A DNA stretch of 64,000 bases from an uncultured Eubacterium sp. GTDB taxonomy: Bacteria; Bacillota; Clostridia; Lachnospirales; Lachnospiraceae. Location of the stretch: positions 86,666-150,665 of the forward strand of contig CAJTZF010000006.1 in assembly GCA_910584245.1 (NCBI GenBank). Reading direction: 5' to 3'. Below are positions 9,924 through 18,934 of this stretch, one piece after another. A program made the position numbers and the translations under genes. How positions within the stretch are numbered: position 1 is the first letter of the stretch; each line of letters begins with the position of its first letter. The notes beneath the pieces are model-generated. The model made no database searches and was not told where the DNA came from. It was given only the letters and a program-made list of their open reading frames with translations.

Positions 9924-9952
9924 ATTGTATATAAATAACAACGTTTTGTAAA
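9924..9952 (-). promoter_or_regulatory. sigmaA-type promoter for the 9870-2108 operon
   Basis: TTTACA-17bp-TACAAT on the minus strand. Confidence 0.6.
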
Positions 9953-9962
9953 TAAAAAATTT

Positions 9963-10505
9963 TTACCTGCCAAGCATTTGGATGATGCCGATCACGACGA
10001 GAGCTCCCCCGGCGAAATAATGGCATATACTGCCGCACCTCAATTTCTTATCCCCCAACAGAAGAAATAAAAATGTTAGTACTGCTGCCACCACGGGAAA
10101 AGCATAGGCTACGGTCCCCATCCTGCACAGGCTCAGCCCCGCGCAGAATGAATCAGAGGCCAGCACTCCCCCCAGCACAACTCCCTCAAACGGTTCAATT
10201 GTTTTAGAGGCATCCACATCATAATTTTTCTCCTGCTGCCCCTTAAAAACACTCCAGATTGATCTTGCCCCAAGTATTATGAGAACAAGTCCGCCCGCCA
10301 TTTCAATATAGTGCGGATTAATAAAATGTCCAAGCCCTTCGCCCAAAAGCACCGCCACTAGAGAAGTAATGCCGGATATAAAGGCAACGACCGCTTTCGT
10401 CACCCAGGGAATTCTAATATCTGCTGCATGATAGGCCGCCCCCAACGCCCAGGAGTCAATGCTTCCTGACAAACCAAGCAGAATTATTTTGAGCATATCT
10501 CGCAT
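9963..10505 (-). CDS. YtaF/MntP-family membrane protein
   Basis: SIDSWALGAAY and LASDSFCAG duplicated Mntp motifs; DVDASKTIEPFE loop typical of YtaF. Confidence 0.8.
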   Translation of the reverse strand: MRDMLKIILLGLSGSIDSWALGAAYHAADIRIPWVTKAVVAFISGITSLVAVLLGEGLGHFINPHYIEMAGGLVLIILGARSIWSVFKGQQEKNYDVDASKTIEPFEGVVLGGVLASDSFCAGLSLCRMGTVAYAFPVVAAVLTFLFLLLGDKKLRCGSICHYFAGGALVVIGIIQMLGR

Positions 10506-10530
10506 TTTCTCCTAAAATATGACTTTATTT

Positions 10531-10615
10531 TATCGTATGAAAGGGGCAGAAAAACGTGCTCTTCCTCATTTGGACCGGGCTAATTGCATAAATGGGGCGG
10601 TACAATCATAAGAAT
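10531..10615. promoter_or_regulatory. Divergent sporulation-type promoters (sigmaK-like for ytaF, sigmaE-like for the ATPase)
   Basis: Minus strand AC-16bp-CATACGATA (10557-10531); plus strand GCATA-16bp-CATAAGAAT (10586-10615). Confidence 0.45.
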
Positions 10616-10644
10616 GATGTAATGACACAATTAGGGTAGCAAAC

Positions 10645-13200
10645 ATGAAAAAAACGACAGCCTGGTATCAATGCAGTATTGCTCAGCTGGAACGGCAGCT
10701 CCACACAAATATTGAACACGGCCTGACCGAAAAAAAGGCCGGTTCACTGCGGAGTAAATACGGAAAAAATCAACTTGCACAGAAAAAACAAGATAGTCTG
10801 CTAAAAAACTTTTTCGTACAATTCGAAGACTTTATGATAATCACTCTATTAATCGCAGCCGCCATCTCCTTCGGCATGTCCTGGCTGGAACATCAGGTGG
10901 ATTTTATCGAACCCGCCATTATTCTGGCAATTGTCGTCATAAATGCCATCCTGGGCGTCGTACAGGAGGCCAAGGCCAAGCGGTCCCTGGAGGCGCTAAA
11001 AAATCTCTCCTCCCCACTGGCCCTCGTCATCCGGGACGGAGAAATGAAACAGCTGGATTCGGCCCTGCTCGTCCCTGGAGACGTCATTATCCTAGAAGCG
11101 GGAAACCTCGTTCCCGCCGATGTAAGGATCGCATCCTGCATGGGACTTTCAATCGAGGAATCTACCCTGACAGGAGAAACCCACCCGATCGAAAAAAGTG
11201 TAGACCCGATCAAAGCGGATGCCGTTCCGATCGCCGAGCAAAAAAACATGGCGTTTTCCGGGACACTTGTCATCTCCGGCCACGGAAAAGCGATCGTGAC
11301 CTGTACCGGTATGAACACGGAGCTGGGGCATATCGCGGGAATGATTTCAGAGGAAACCGCTCCTGACACCCCCCTCCAGAAAAAGCTGAACCATACAGGA
11401 AAAGTTTTAGGAACCGTGGCGCTTCTCATCTGTCTCGGCCTTTTTATCATCGGAATATACCATAAGCAGCCTATTTTTTCTATGTTTATGACTTCTGTCA
11501 GCCTCGGTGTGGCCGCCATACCGGAAAGCCTTCCGGCGCTCGTCACCATCATGCTGTCGCTCGGCGTAGAGAGAATGGCAAAACGGAAGGCCATTATCCG
11601 CCGACTTCCAGCGGTCGAAACACTCGGAAGCGCCACGGTCATCTGCTCGGATAAAACAGGTACGCTCACAGAAAATAAAATGACAGTGGCCGAGGAATAC
11701 ACGATGGATTCCCCGGAGACACTGTTCACGTATTTCAGCTTGTGCAACCACGGTATTGACCCAATGGAGAAAGCTTTACTCGAGCGCGCCGCCAGCCTGT
11801 CCATTCATACGGATACAGCCAGCCGCAAATACCGCCTGATTAACGAACTTCCTTTCGATTCCAAACGAAAAATGATGACGACCTTCCACCAGGGCCAGTC
11901 CGGCGTATTGAGCATTACGAAAGGCGCGCCGGAAATCATTTTGAAACGGTGCAGCCACATCCGCATCGACGGCCAGACCCGCCCACTCACCCCGGGCATC
12001 CGTCGGAATATCGACAACAAAGCGCTCTCTTACGCAGGCGACGCCCTGCGTGTGCTGGCGCTGGCCTGCCGGGATGACATCGGCAGCCATATCCGCAGTG
12101 ACAAATCCTCCTATGAAAAAAATATGGTATTGATCGGACTTGCCGGATTTATAGATCCCCCGAGGAAGGAAGCGGAATTTGCGGTGACAAAATGCAAGCA
12201 GGCGGGCATCCGCCCGGTTATGATAACCGGCGACCACAAAATTACGGCCTCCGCCATCGCTAGCAAGCTCGGCATATGCAAACACCCGGACCAGGTCATG
12301 ACCGGGGCGGAGCTCGACCGTTTCAGCGATTCCGAACTATCCAATATTATATACAAATATCCCGTTTTCGCCCGGGTCTCTCCTGCCCACAAGGTGCGGC
12401 TTGTAAAAGCCTTTCAAAATAACGGGGAAGTGGTGGCAATGACTGGCGACGGCGTCAACGACGCGCCCGCCCTGCAAAAAGCAGATATCGGATGCGCTAT
12501 GGGCAATTCAGGAACGGACGTGGCGAAAAACGCCGCCGACATGATATTGATGGACGATAACTTTGCCACAATCGTAGATGCTGTCGAAGAGGGACGCGGA
12601 ATTTTCCAAAACATAAAAAAAGCCGTGCATTTTCTCCTGTCTTGCAACATTGGGGAAATTATGACAATTTTTGTGGCAATCCTGCTCGGAAAATCTGCGC
12701 CGCTTCTACCAGTACAGCTTTTGTTCATCAACCTGGTAACCGACTCCTTTCCGGCCATCTGTCTCGGACTTGAGCCGCCGGAAAAGGATATTATGAAAAA
12801 ACCGCCTGTCTCCGCCACAAAGGGATTATTCGGCGGGGGCGGAATGTTTACGATCATCGTAGAGGGTATGTTTATCGGCTCCCTTGCCTTGTTTGCATAT
12901 ATGCTCGGCGGCGATTCTGCCGGACGGACAATGTGCTTCGCCGTGTTATCGCTGTCACAGCTCGTACACTCTTTAAATATGCGGAGCTCACACTCCTTGT
13001 TCCAGATCGGTTTCTTTTCCAATGGAAAGCTGCTTTTCAGTGTGATTCTTTGCATCGCCATGCAATGTGCGGTCATTATGCTGCCTGCCTTGCAGCTCAT
13101 TTTCAAAACCACCGCCCTCACCGGGCTGCAATGGCTTATGGTTGTCGTACTCGCCCTTCTCCCGATTCCGCTCGTAGAACTGGAAAAACGGGCAAGATAA
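10645..13200 (+). CDS. Calcium-translocating P-type ATPase (YloB-like)
   Basis: TGE, IPESLP, DKTGTLT, KGAPE, MITGD, TGDGVND, NLVTD motifs. Confidence 0.95.
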   Translation: MKKTTAWYQCSIAQLERQLHTNIEHGLTEKKAGSLRSKYGKNQLAQKKQDSLLKNFFVQFEDFMIITLLIAAAISFGMSWLEHQVDFIEPAIILAIVVINAILGVVQEAKAKRSLEALKNLSSPLALVIRDGEMKQLDSALLVPGDVIILEAGNLVPADVRIASCMGLSIEESTLTGETHPIEKSVDPIKADAVPIAEQKNMAFSGTLVISGHGKAIVTCTGMNTELGHIAGMISEETAPDTPLQKKLNHTGKVLGTVALLICLGLFIIGIYHKQPIFSMFMTSVSLGVAAIPESLPALVTIMLSLGVERMAKRKAIIRRLPAVETLGSATVICSDKTGTLTENKMTVAEEYTMDSPETLFTYFSLCNHGIDPMEKALLERAASLSIHTDTASRKYRLINELPFDSKRKMMTTFHQGQSGVLSITKGAPEIILKRCSHIRIDGQTRPLTPGIRRNIDNKALSYAGDALRVLALACRDDIGSHIRSDKSSYEKNMVLIGLAGFIDPPRKEAEFAVTKCKQAGIRPVMITGDHKITASAIASKLGICKHPDQVMTGAELDRFSDSELSNIIYKYPVFARVSPAHKVRLVKAFQNNGEVVAMTGDGVNDAPALQKADIGCAMGNSGTDVAKNAADMILMDDNFATIVDAVEEGRGIFQNIKKAVHFLLSCNIGEIMTIFVAILLGKSAPLLPVQLLFINLVTDSFPAICLGLEPPEKDIMKKPPVSATKGLFGGGGMFTIIVEGMFIGSLALFAYMLGGDSAGRTMCFAVLSLSQLVHSLNMRSSHSLFQIGFFSNGKLLFSVILCIAMQCAVIMLPALQLIFKTTALTGLQWLMVVVLALLPIPLVELEKRAR

Positions 13201-13212
13201 AGAAATGGATCT

Positions 13213-13257
13213 AAAAAAGGACTCCGCCCCAGGCCAAAACTGGGCGGGTCCTTTTTT
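13213..13257. terminator. Bidirectional intrinsic terminator
   Basis: A6-GGACTCCGCCCCAG...CTGGGCGGGTCC-T6 between convergent genes. Confidence 0.85.
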
Positions 13258-13282
13258 ATGCGCAATTCCACAACGCCTATGA

Positions 13283-14731
13283 TTAAAATACCGATTCTCC
13301 TTGCCCGCTCATCTCACGAATGGTTTCAATAAGCGAATCCAGTATAGAAAGGATCTGGCCGGACAATTCTTCCGCCCTCTTTCCATAGTCCGCCGCCCCC
13401 TGCGCGTTTTTAGAAGAAATTGCCTCGGACAGCTTCTTTCCGATTCCGTGAAACTCCTTATGTAAATCTCCCAGGCTCTCCCATTTCTGAGCCAGTTTCG
13501 GATGTCTTACCACAATTGCATTATAAAAATGGCCGAATGCACACTTATTGGGATCCAGTTGAAGCGGCACCGGCTTCATTTCATCCGCCATGCTTACCGC
13601 CTTATTCTCCCAATCCTTGTGTGCCTTTTTCGCGGTCTCCAGCACTTCGGTTAACTCCTCGTTATTCAGCATAGTAATGCCCGTATTCATTCCCTTATAC
13701 AGTAATTGTATGCTCGTTGTCAAATGGCTGTCGATCTCCTCCACCCGCTGTGCCACACCCTTTGTCTCGCTGGCGAGTTCACTTACGGTTACCGTCAGAT
13801 GGGTAATGTCCTCTGCGTCCCGGCTGCACTGCTCCATCGCATCATTTACATCACAGGATGCCAGTTCCACCATTTTCATATACTCATCCATCGCGCTTAC
13901 ATCCTTCGCCACCTGTTCCAGCATACGAATGTTTTCTCCAACCGTCTTAAATACAACATCAATCTTCTGGCTCATCTGCTGCGTTGACTGCGCGGCTTGC
14001 TGCGTGCTCTCCTTCCCCGCACGGGAAGCCTCATAAATTTCATTTACAAACTTGCGCATGGAATCTAATTCCTTTTGCGTATTTTCCGCCAACACGCCGA
14101 CTTCCCCGGCTACGACGGCAAATCCCCTGCCCTGTTCGCCGGCTCTCGCCGCCTCGATCGCAGCATTCAGCGCAAGGAGATTCGTCTGCACCGCGATTCC
14201 CTGCACACTATCCACAATTCCCTCAATCTCATGCACAAGCTCCACTAAATTTGAGATCTGCTCATTCATAAAATCGGTATCCTTCACGACACCGTCTTTT
14301 AAAACACCAACCTCCTGTAAAAGCCTGGCTCCCTCACTATTCTTTTCTGTCAGTGCCTGGCTCTCCTTTGACAGCTGCTGCAGCCGGTCTGAAGTATACC
14401 CGACATTTTCTGTTACCTGCCCCATCGTGGCAGTCGTCTCCTCTACGATGGCCAGGTTGGATTGGGACAGATCGGCCAGCTTTCCGGCAAAGTCTGCGAG
14501 ATAGTCCGACATATAAGTCATTTCCACATCAAAATTAGAAATCTGGCTCGCCGCCTGCATGATCTCCTTCGACTGGACAACCGATGTATCCTGAAAATCC
14601 AAAACACGTCCAACCGCTTCCAGCAGCTCTTTCAACTGTGGCAGCCGCACGGACGGCTTCTCCGGCTTTCCACCTTTCATTCTCTCTTCAATGTACTTTA
14701 GTACACTTTGTATCTCCTCTGTTTTTTTCAT
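13283..14731 (-). CDS. Cytoplasmic methyl-accepting chemotaxis protein with C-terminal CZB domain
   Basis: [27 protein letters not shown]; no TM segment; AHKDW..CAFGHFY..LHKEFH zinc ligands; GGAGG RBS before ATG 14731. Confidence 0.9.
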   Translation of the reverse strand: MKKTEEIQSVLKYIEERMKGGKPEKPSVRLPQLKELLEAVGRVLDFQDTSVVQSKEIMQAASQISNFDVEMTYMSDYLADFAGKLADLSQSNLAIVEETTATMGQVTENVGYTSDRLQQLSKESQALTEKNSEGARLLQEVGVLKDGVVKDTDFMNEQISNLVELVHEIEGIVDSVQGIAVQTNLLALNAAIEAARAGEQGRGFAVVAGEVGVLAENTQKELDSMRKFVNEIYEASRAGKESTQQAAQSTQQMSQKIDVVFKTVGENIRMLEQVAKDVSAMDEYMKMVELASCDVNDAMEQCSRDAEDITHLTVTVSELASETKGVAQRVEEIDSHLTTSIQLLYKGMNTGITMLNNEELTEVLETAKKAHKDWENKAVSMADEMKPVPLQLDPNKCAFGHFYNAIVVRHPKLAQKWESLGDLHKEFHGIGKKLSEAISSKNAQGAADYGKRAEELSGQILSILDSLIETIREMSGQGESVF

Positions 14732-14785
14732 TGCGGTTTCCCTCCAATCCATACAATGCCCGCGTTAAAAGATTTTTCTATATCT

Positions 14786-14814
14786 ATTATAGCGAACTCT
14801 GGCGGGATAATCAA
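14786..14814 (-). promoter_or_regulatory. sigmaA promoter of the MCP gene
   Basis: TTGATT-17bp-TATAAT. Confidence 0.55.
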
Positions 14815-14935
14815 TGGTATATATTATGGGAACTGCAAAAATCCCATCGGCCGCCGTACTATCACCACCCATACGCCGCTGTCATATATTAAATCAAACA
14901 GGAATAGAGCTCACTTTGCGGGAACGAGGAAAAAC

Positions 14936-15739
14936 ATGGACAATATAATTTTAATGGCGCTTATTGCGACACTTGGCACATGGTCTGTCACAGCCCTGGG
15001 CGCCGCCACTGTAGTCTTTTTTAAAAAACCAAGTCCATCTCTGCTAAATCTTATGCTTGGCTTTTCCGCAGGCGTCATGATCGCAGCCAGCTTCTGGTCT
15101 TTGCTCCAGCCTGCAATCGAGCGCGCGGAACAAACGCTTGACACACCCGCATATGCCGTCGCCACAGCCGGATTTTTAAGCGGGGCTGTTTTTATGTGGC
15201 TTTCCGATAAAGCGGTTTGCAAAATGCGGAGCAGAGTTGACAGCACGCCGGGTATGACAGAAGAAAAGCTGAACCGGATCATCATGCTCATTCTTTCCAT
15301 AACGCTCCATAATATTCCGGAAGGCCTTGCCGTGGGCGTCGCATTTGGCACGCTGCAAAATGGCAGCTATACCGCGGAAAACTTGATGGGAGCGATAACG
15401 ATCGCCGTCGGCATCGGATTACAGAATTTTCCGGAAGGCGCTGCCGTTTCCATACCGCTCCGGCGCGAGGGCTACTCCCGCCGAAGGAGTTTTTTGCTGG
15501 GCCAGGCATCCGCCATTGTAGAACCGGCCGCAGGAGTGATTGGGGCAATACTGGTCGTCCATATCGTCACCGTACTTCCCTATGCCCTCGCCTTTGCCGC
15601 CGGCGCTATGATCCTTGTCGCCGTCCACGAGCTAATACCAGAATGCCAGCAAAATAAACAGGCCCAGCCCTACTTTGCCACAATGGGAATTGTAGCCGGT
15701 TTTGCCGTTATGATGCTGCTAGACGTCATGCTCGGATAA
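14936..15739 (+). CDS. ZIP family metal transporter (ZupT/GufA-like)
   Basis: GFSAGVM, LHNIPEG, QNFPEG motifs; GAGG RBS before ATG 14936. Confidence 0.92.
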   Translation: MDNIILMALIATLGTWSVTALGAATVVFFKKPSPSLLNLMLGFSAGVMIAASFWSLLQPAIERAEQTLDTPAYAVATAGFLSGAVFMWLSDKAVCKMRSRVDSTPGMTEEKLNRIIMLILSITLHNIPEGLAVGVAFGTLQNGSYTAENLMGAITIAVGIGLQNFPEGAAVSIPLRREGYSRRRSFLLGQASAIVEPAAGVIGAILVVHIVTVLPYALAFAAGAMILVAVHELIPECQQNKQAQPYFATMGIVAGFAVMMLLDVMLG

Positions 15740-15756
15740 TTTTAAAAAAATAGTTC

Positions 15757-15808
15757 TTGACAATAATCCGATTTCGGACTATAATAATTTAACAGTCCGA
15801 AATCGGAC
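15757..15808 (+). promoter_or_regulatory. Consensus sigmaA promoter with two palindromic operators (probable MarR sites)
   Basis: TTGACA(15757)-17bp-TATAAT(15780); TCCGATTTCGGACT 15767-15780 and its reverse complement AGTCCGAAATCGGA 15794-15807. Confidence 0.85.
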
Positions 15809-15846
15809 AAACTGTATGAAATAGCACCGAAAAAGGGAGGCCAGGC

Positions 15847-16323
15847 ATGAACAGACATGTAAACATAAAACAGCGCGAATATGACAGACTGTATAAGGAG
15901 ATGGATGATTTATACCACGCGGTAGCAAAGGAAGAAGGACTTTCCGACAGCGCACTTATTATTTTTTATGAAATATACGAGCTGGGGGATGGTTGTCTTC
16001 AAAAAGAAATTTGTGAGCGGGCATTTGTCAGCAAGCAGACCATTCATTCCTCGATCCACAACCTGGAAAGGGACGGTTATCTGCGTCTGGAAAAGAGCAA
16101 CGGAAGAGACCGGCGCATCCACCTGACAACAAAGGGAGAAAAACTCGTGAATGAAAAAGTTGTCCCAATCATATGCGCAGAAAATGCAGTCTTTGAAGAG
16201 ATGACAGAGAAAGAAACCGATGAACTATTGCGCCTATCGGCAAAATATTTATGTATTCTGCGCCAAAAGCTGGCAGACAGGACTCATATAACGGACCCGG
16301 ACTATTTTTCGCACGGATCCTGA
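15847..16323 (+). CDS. MarR family transcriptional regulator
   Basis: Winged helix pattern QKEIC..SKQTIHSSIHNLERDGY..DRRIHLTTKG. Confidence 0.9.
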   Translation: MNRHVNIKQREYDRLYKEMDDLYHAVAKEEGLSDSALIIFYEIYELGDGCLQKEICERAFVSKQTIHSSIHNLERDGYLRLEKSNGRDRRIHLTTKGEKLVNEKVVPIICAENAVFEEMTEKETDELLRLSAKYLCILRQKLADRTHITDPDYFSHGS

Positions 16324-16338
16324 AAGGGAGAACATGCT

Positions 16339-17667
16339 ATGAGAATTCAGTTATCCGAACATTTTACTTATCACAAATTACTGCACTTTGTATGTCCCTC
16401 GATCATTATGATGATTTTCACTTCCATCTATGGCGTCGTGGATGGCATTTTTGTCTCCAATTTCGTGGGCAGTGAACCTTTTGCTGCTGTGAATTTCATT
16501 ATGCCGCTTATTATGGCGGTCGGCGCACTTGGCTTTATGCTTGGCACAGGCGGCAGCGCGCTGGTAGCAAAAACGCTGGGAGAGGGAAAACAGGAACAGG
16601 CAAACAAATATTTCTCTATGATATTTTATGTAAATCTTACTGCCGGTATCGTCTTGTCCGCAGCCGGAATCCTCTTTGTCCGTCCTATCGCCGCGGCGCT
16701 CGGGGCAACGGGACAGCTATTAGAGGATGCTATTGTATACGGGCGCATTATGCTGGCCGGAAACGCCGCCTTTATGCTTCAGAATAGCTTTCAAAGCTTT
16801 TTCGCCGTCGCGGAAAAGGCAAAAAACGGATTATATGTAATGGTAGCCGCAGGCATAACGAATATGGTGCTGGACTTTCTATTTATCGCCGTCTTCCGCT
16901 GGGGAATCGCAGGGGCGGCAGCCGCTACCGTCATAAGCTATTTTGTCGGCGGAATTTTGCCCATTATATATTTTGCAAAGAAAAATACAAGCCGTCTCCG
17001 CCTCGTCAAAACGAAACTATATGCCCGCAAGCTGTTGCAAAGCTGTGCAAATGGCTCCTCCGAGATGATGACGAATTTGTCCATGTCGCTTGTGAACATG
17101 CTCTATAACATACAGCTGATGAAAATTGCGGCGGAAAATGGCGTAGCGGCGTACGGTGTTATCATGTATGTCAATTTCATATTTGCGGCGGTCTTTCTTG
17201 GGTATTCGATCGGCTGCGCCCCACTGGTCGGCTACCACTATGGAGCAGACAACAAAAAAGAGTTAAAAAATCTGCTGAAAAAGAGCGTCGTGCTCATTTC
17301 CGTGACACAGCTCGTTATGACACTGCTCGCAGAGGCATCTGCTTCCGTGCTCGCATGTATTTTTGTTTCCTACGACCGGGATTTATTTGACATGACTGTT
17401 CACGGTTTCCGGTTATTTTCCCTATCCTTTCTATTTATGGGAATGAATATTTTTGGTTCGGCTCTTTTTACTGCCCTGAATAATGGTGCAATTTCAGCCC
17501 TTATTTCATTTTTAAGGACGCTCGTATTTCAGGTGATAGCTATTTTAACTCTTCCGGCCATTCTGGGACTGGACGGGATCTGGCTCGCCGTCGTGGCGGC
17601 GGAAGTACTGGCACTGCTCGTAACAACAGGACTTGTCATAAAGTACCAAAAGAGGTATTATTATTGA
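16339..17667 (+). CDS. MATE family efflux transporter
   Basis: 442 aa multi-TM; IYGVVDGIFVSNFVG, NMVLDFLFI..GIAGAAAAT. Confidence 0.92.
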   Translation: MRIQLSEHFTYHKLLHFVCPSIIMMIFTSIYGVVDGIFVSNFVGSEPFAAVNFIMPLIMAVGALGFMLGTGGSALVAKTLGEGKQEQANKYFSMIFYVNLTAGIVLSAAGILFVRPIAAALGATGQLLEDAIVYGRIMLAGNAAFMLQNSFQSFFAVAEKAKNGLYVMVAAGITNMVLDFLFIAVFRWGIAGAAAATVISYFVGGILPIIYFAKKNTSRLRLVKTKLYARKLLQSCANGSSEMMTNLSMSLVNMLYNIQLMKIAAENGVAAYGVIMYVNFIFAAVFLGYSIGCAPLVGYHYGADNKKELKNLLKKSVVLISVTQLVMTLLAEASASVLACIFVSYDRDLFDMTVHGFRLFSLSFLFMGMNIFGSALFTALNNGAISALISFLRTLVFQVIAILTLPAILGLDGIWLAVVAAEVLALLVTTGLVIKYQKRYYY

Positions 17668-17740
17668 AGGTCACGCTTGCATGAATAAAGCAGGGCTTTG
17701 GGACACGCAAAAACAACCGTGAAAGGAAAGACAAGCCTCC

Positions 17741-18184
17741 ATGAAAACCACACAAAAGCACTCCACTGACAAACTGCTCTATATGACGAGCCTTGTGTTT
17801 GGCGCTCTTTTTGTTGTCCTATGCGTCTTACAAAACTCAGCGCACACCAGCTTTGATATCACAAAAATAATTCCACCGTGCCTGTTCCGCCGTCTTTCCG
17901 GCCTGTGCTGCCCCGGCTGCGGCGGTACCCGCGCTATAAAAGCCCTTTTATCAGGCAGGCCGGTCACATGCTTTTTTTACCACCCCTTTGTGTTGTACTG
18001 TGCTATTTTATACGTTTTATTTATGGTGAGCCGGACCGCAAGACTCTTTGCACAAAAAAAATCCCCCCGCAAAAACTCTTCTGCGAGAGGATTTCATTTC
18101 ACAATCACTTACGTCTATATCGGAATATTCATTATTCTGCTGCAATGGATGATTAAAAATGCGCTAATTCTTTTCTCCTATTGA
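17741..18184 (+). CDS. DUF2752 domain membrane protein
   Basis: CLFRRLSGLCCPGCGGTRA motif. Confidence 0.85.
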   Translation: MKTTQKHSTDKLLYMTSLVFGALFVVLCVLQNSAHTSFDITKIIPPCLFRRLSGLCCPGCGGTRAIKALLSGRPVTCFFYHPFVLYCAILYVLFMVSRTARLFAQKKSPRKNSSARGFHFTITYVYIGIFIILLQWMIKNALILFSY

Positions 18185-18552
18185 ACATAGTAGCCGCTGA
18201 GATCTATCTTAAAAAACTGTTGCATCCAATCCCGGATTTCCTGTTCATTATTCGGATTAATGTCGTTGATCTGGTTCAATGTCTCCATATTTACATTTTC
18301 CCAATTTATCATCATTATGAAGGACACCAGAACATATACCCCAAGAAGAAAGCCGATTCCATTCAATATAATTGCTATCACTCCCAAGGTTCTTCCGACC
18401 CCCGTTCCCTTTACGATGCAAATGATGGAGAAAATACCGCCTATAACCGCAAACAGCATTCCCAACCCAAAACAGCTACAACAGAGAATGGAAATAGATC
18501 CCAATACGATCGCCGCAATTCCCAGTCCCTTCTTTTGATTCTCTTCGTTCAT
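18178..18552 (-). CDS. DUF4190-like small membrane protein
   Basis: KGLGIAAIVLGSISILCC pattern, three hydrophobic helices; AAGGAG RBS. Confidence 0.7.
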   Translation of the reverse strand: MNEENQKKGLGIAAIVLGSISILCCSCFGLGMLFAVIGGIFSIICIVKGTGVGRTLGVIAIILNGIGFLLGVYVLVSFIMMINWENVNMETLNQINDINPNNEQEIRDWMQQFFKIDLSGYYVQ

Positions 18553-18595
18553 GTCATTCTCCTTTCATACCCGTGCACAGACCAGCCCATTTGTG

Positions 18596-18934
18596 TTACC
18601 AAAAAAGGCTGTAAACACCGCGCAGAGCCATCATCACCGTTCCCGTACCATTTTGAATGTTCGTTGTGCCGCCCCCGGCTGCGGAATAAAGCATAATGTA
18701 AAGCACGGCCGCAACGATTCCGATCGCCATCCCCGTACCGCCGACAACAATTCCCGCAATTGCCATATCCTGCTGGTTTTTATTCTCACCGCGAAGCGCA
18801 AGTATTCCAAATACAATCGACACTACTCCGCATAAAATAGCCAAATACCATATACAACAGCCAGCCAGCACCGAAATACACGATACCACCAGCGATACAA
18901 CCGCCTTTCCATTTATATTTCCTTTATTCTCCAT
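18596..18934 (-). CDS. DUF4190 domain membrane protein
   Basis: NGKAVVSLVV..SIVFGILAL..MAIAGIVVG; GGAGG RBS before ATG 18934, overlapping the thrS stop. Confidence 0.75.
   Translation of the reverse strand: MENKGNINGKAVVSLVVSCISVLAGCCIWYLAILCGVVSIVFGILALRGENKNQQDMAIAGIVVGGTGMAIGIVAAVLYIMLYSAAGGGTTNIQNGTGTVMMALRGVYSLFW

Noticed and set aside
10893..13271. 303-aa and 285-aa minus-strand ORFs
   Set aside because: Antisense to a clear P-type ATPase; codon-bias artefacts
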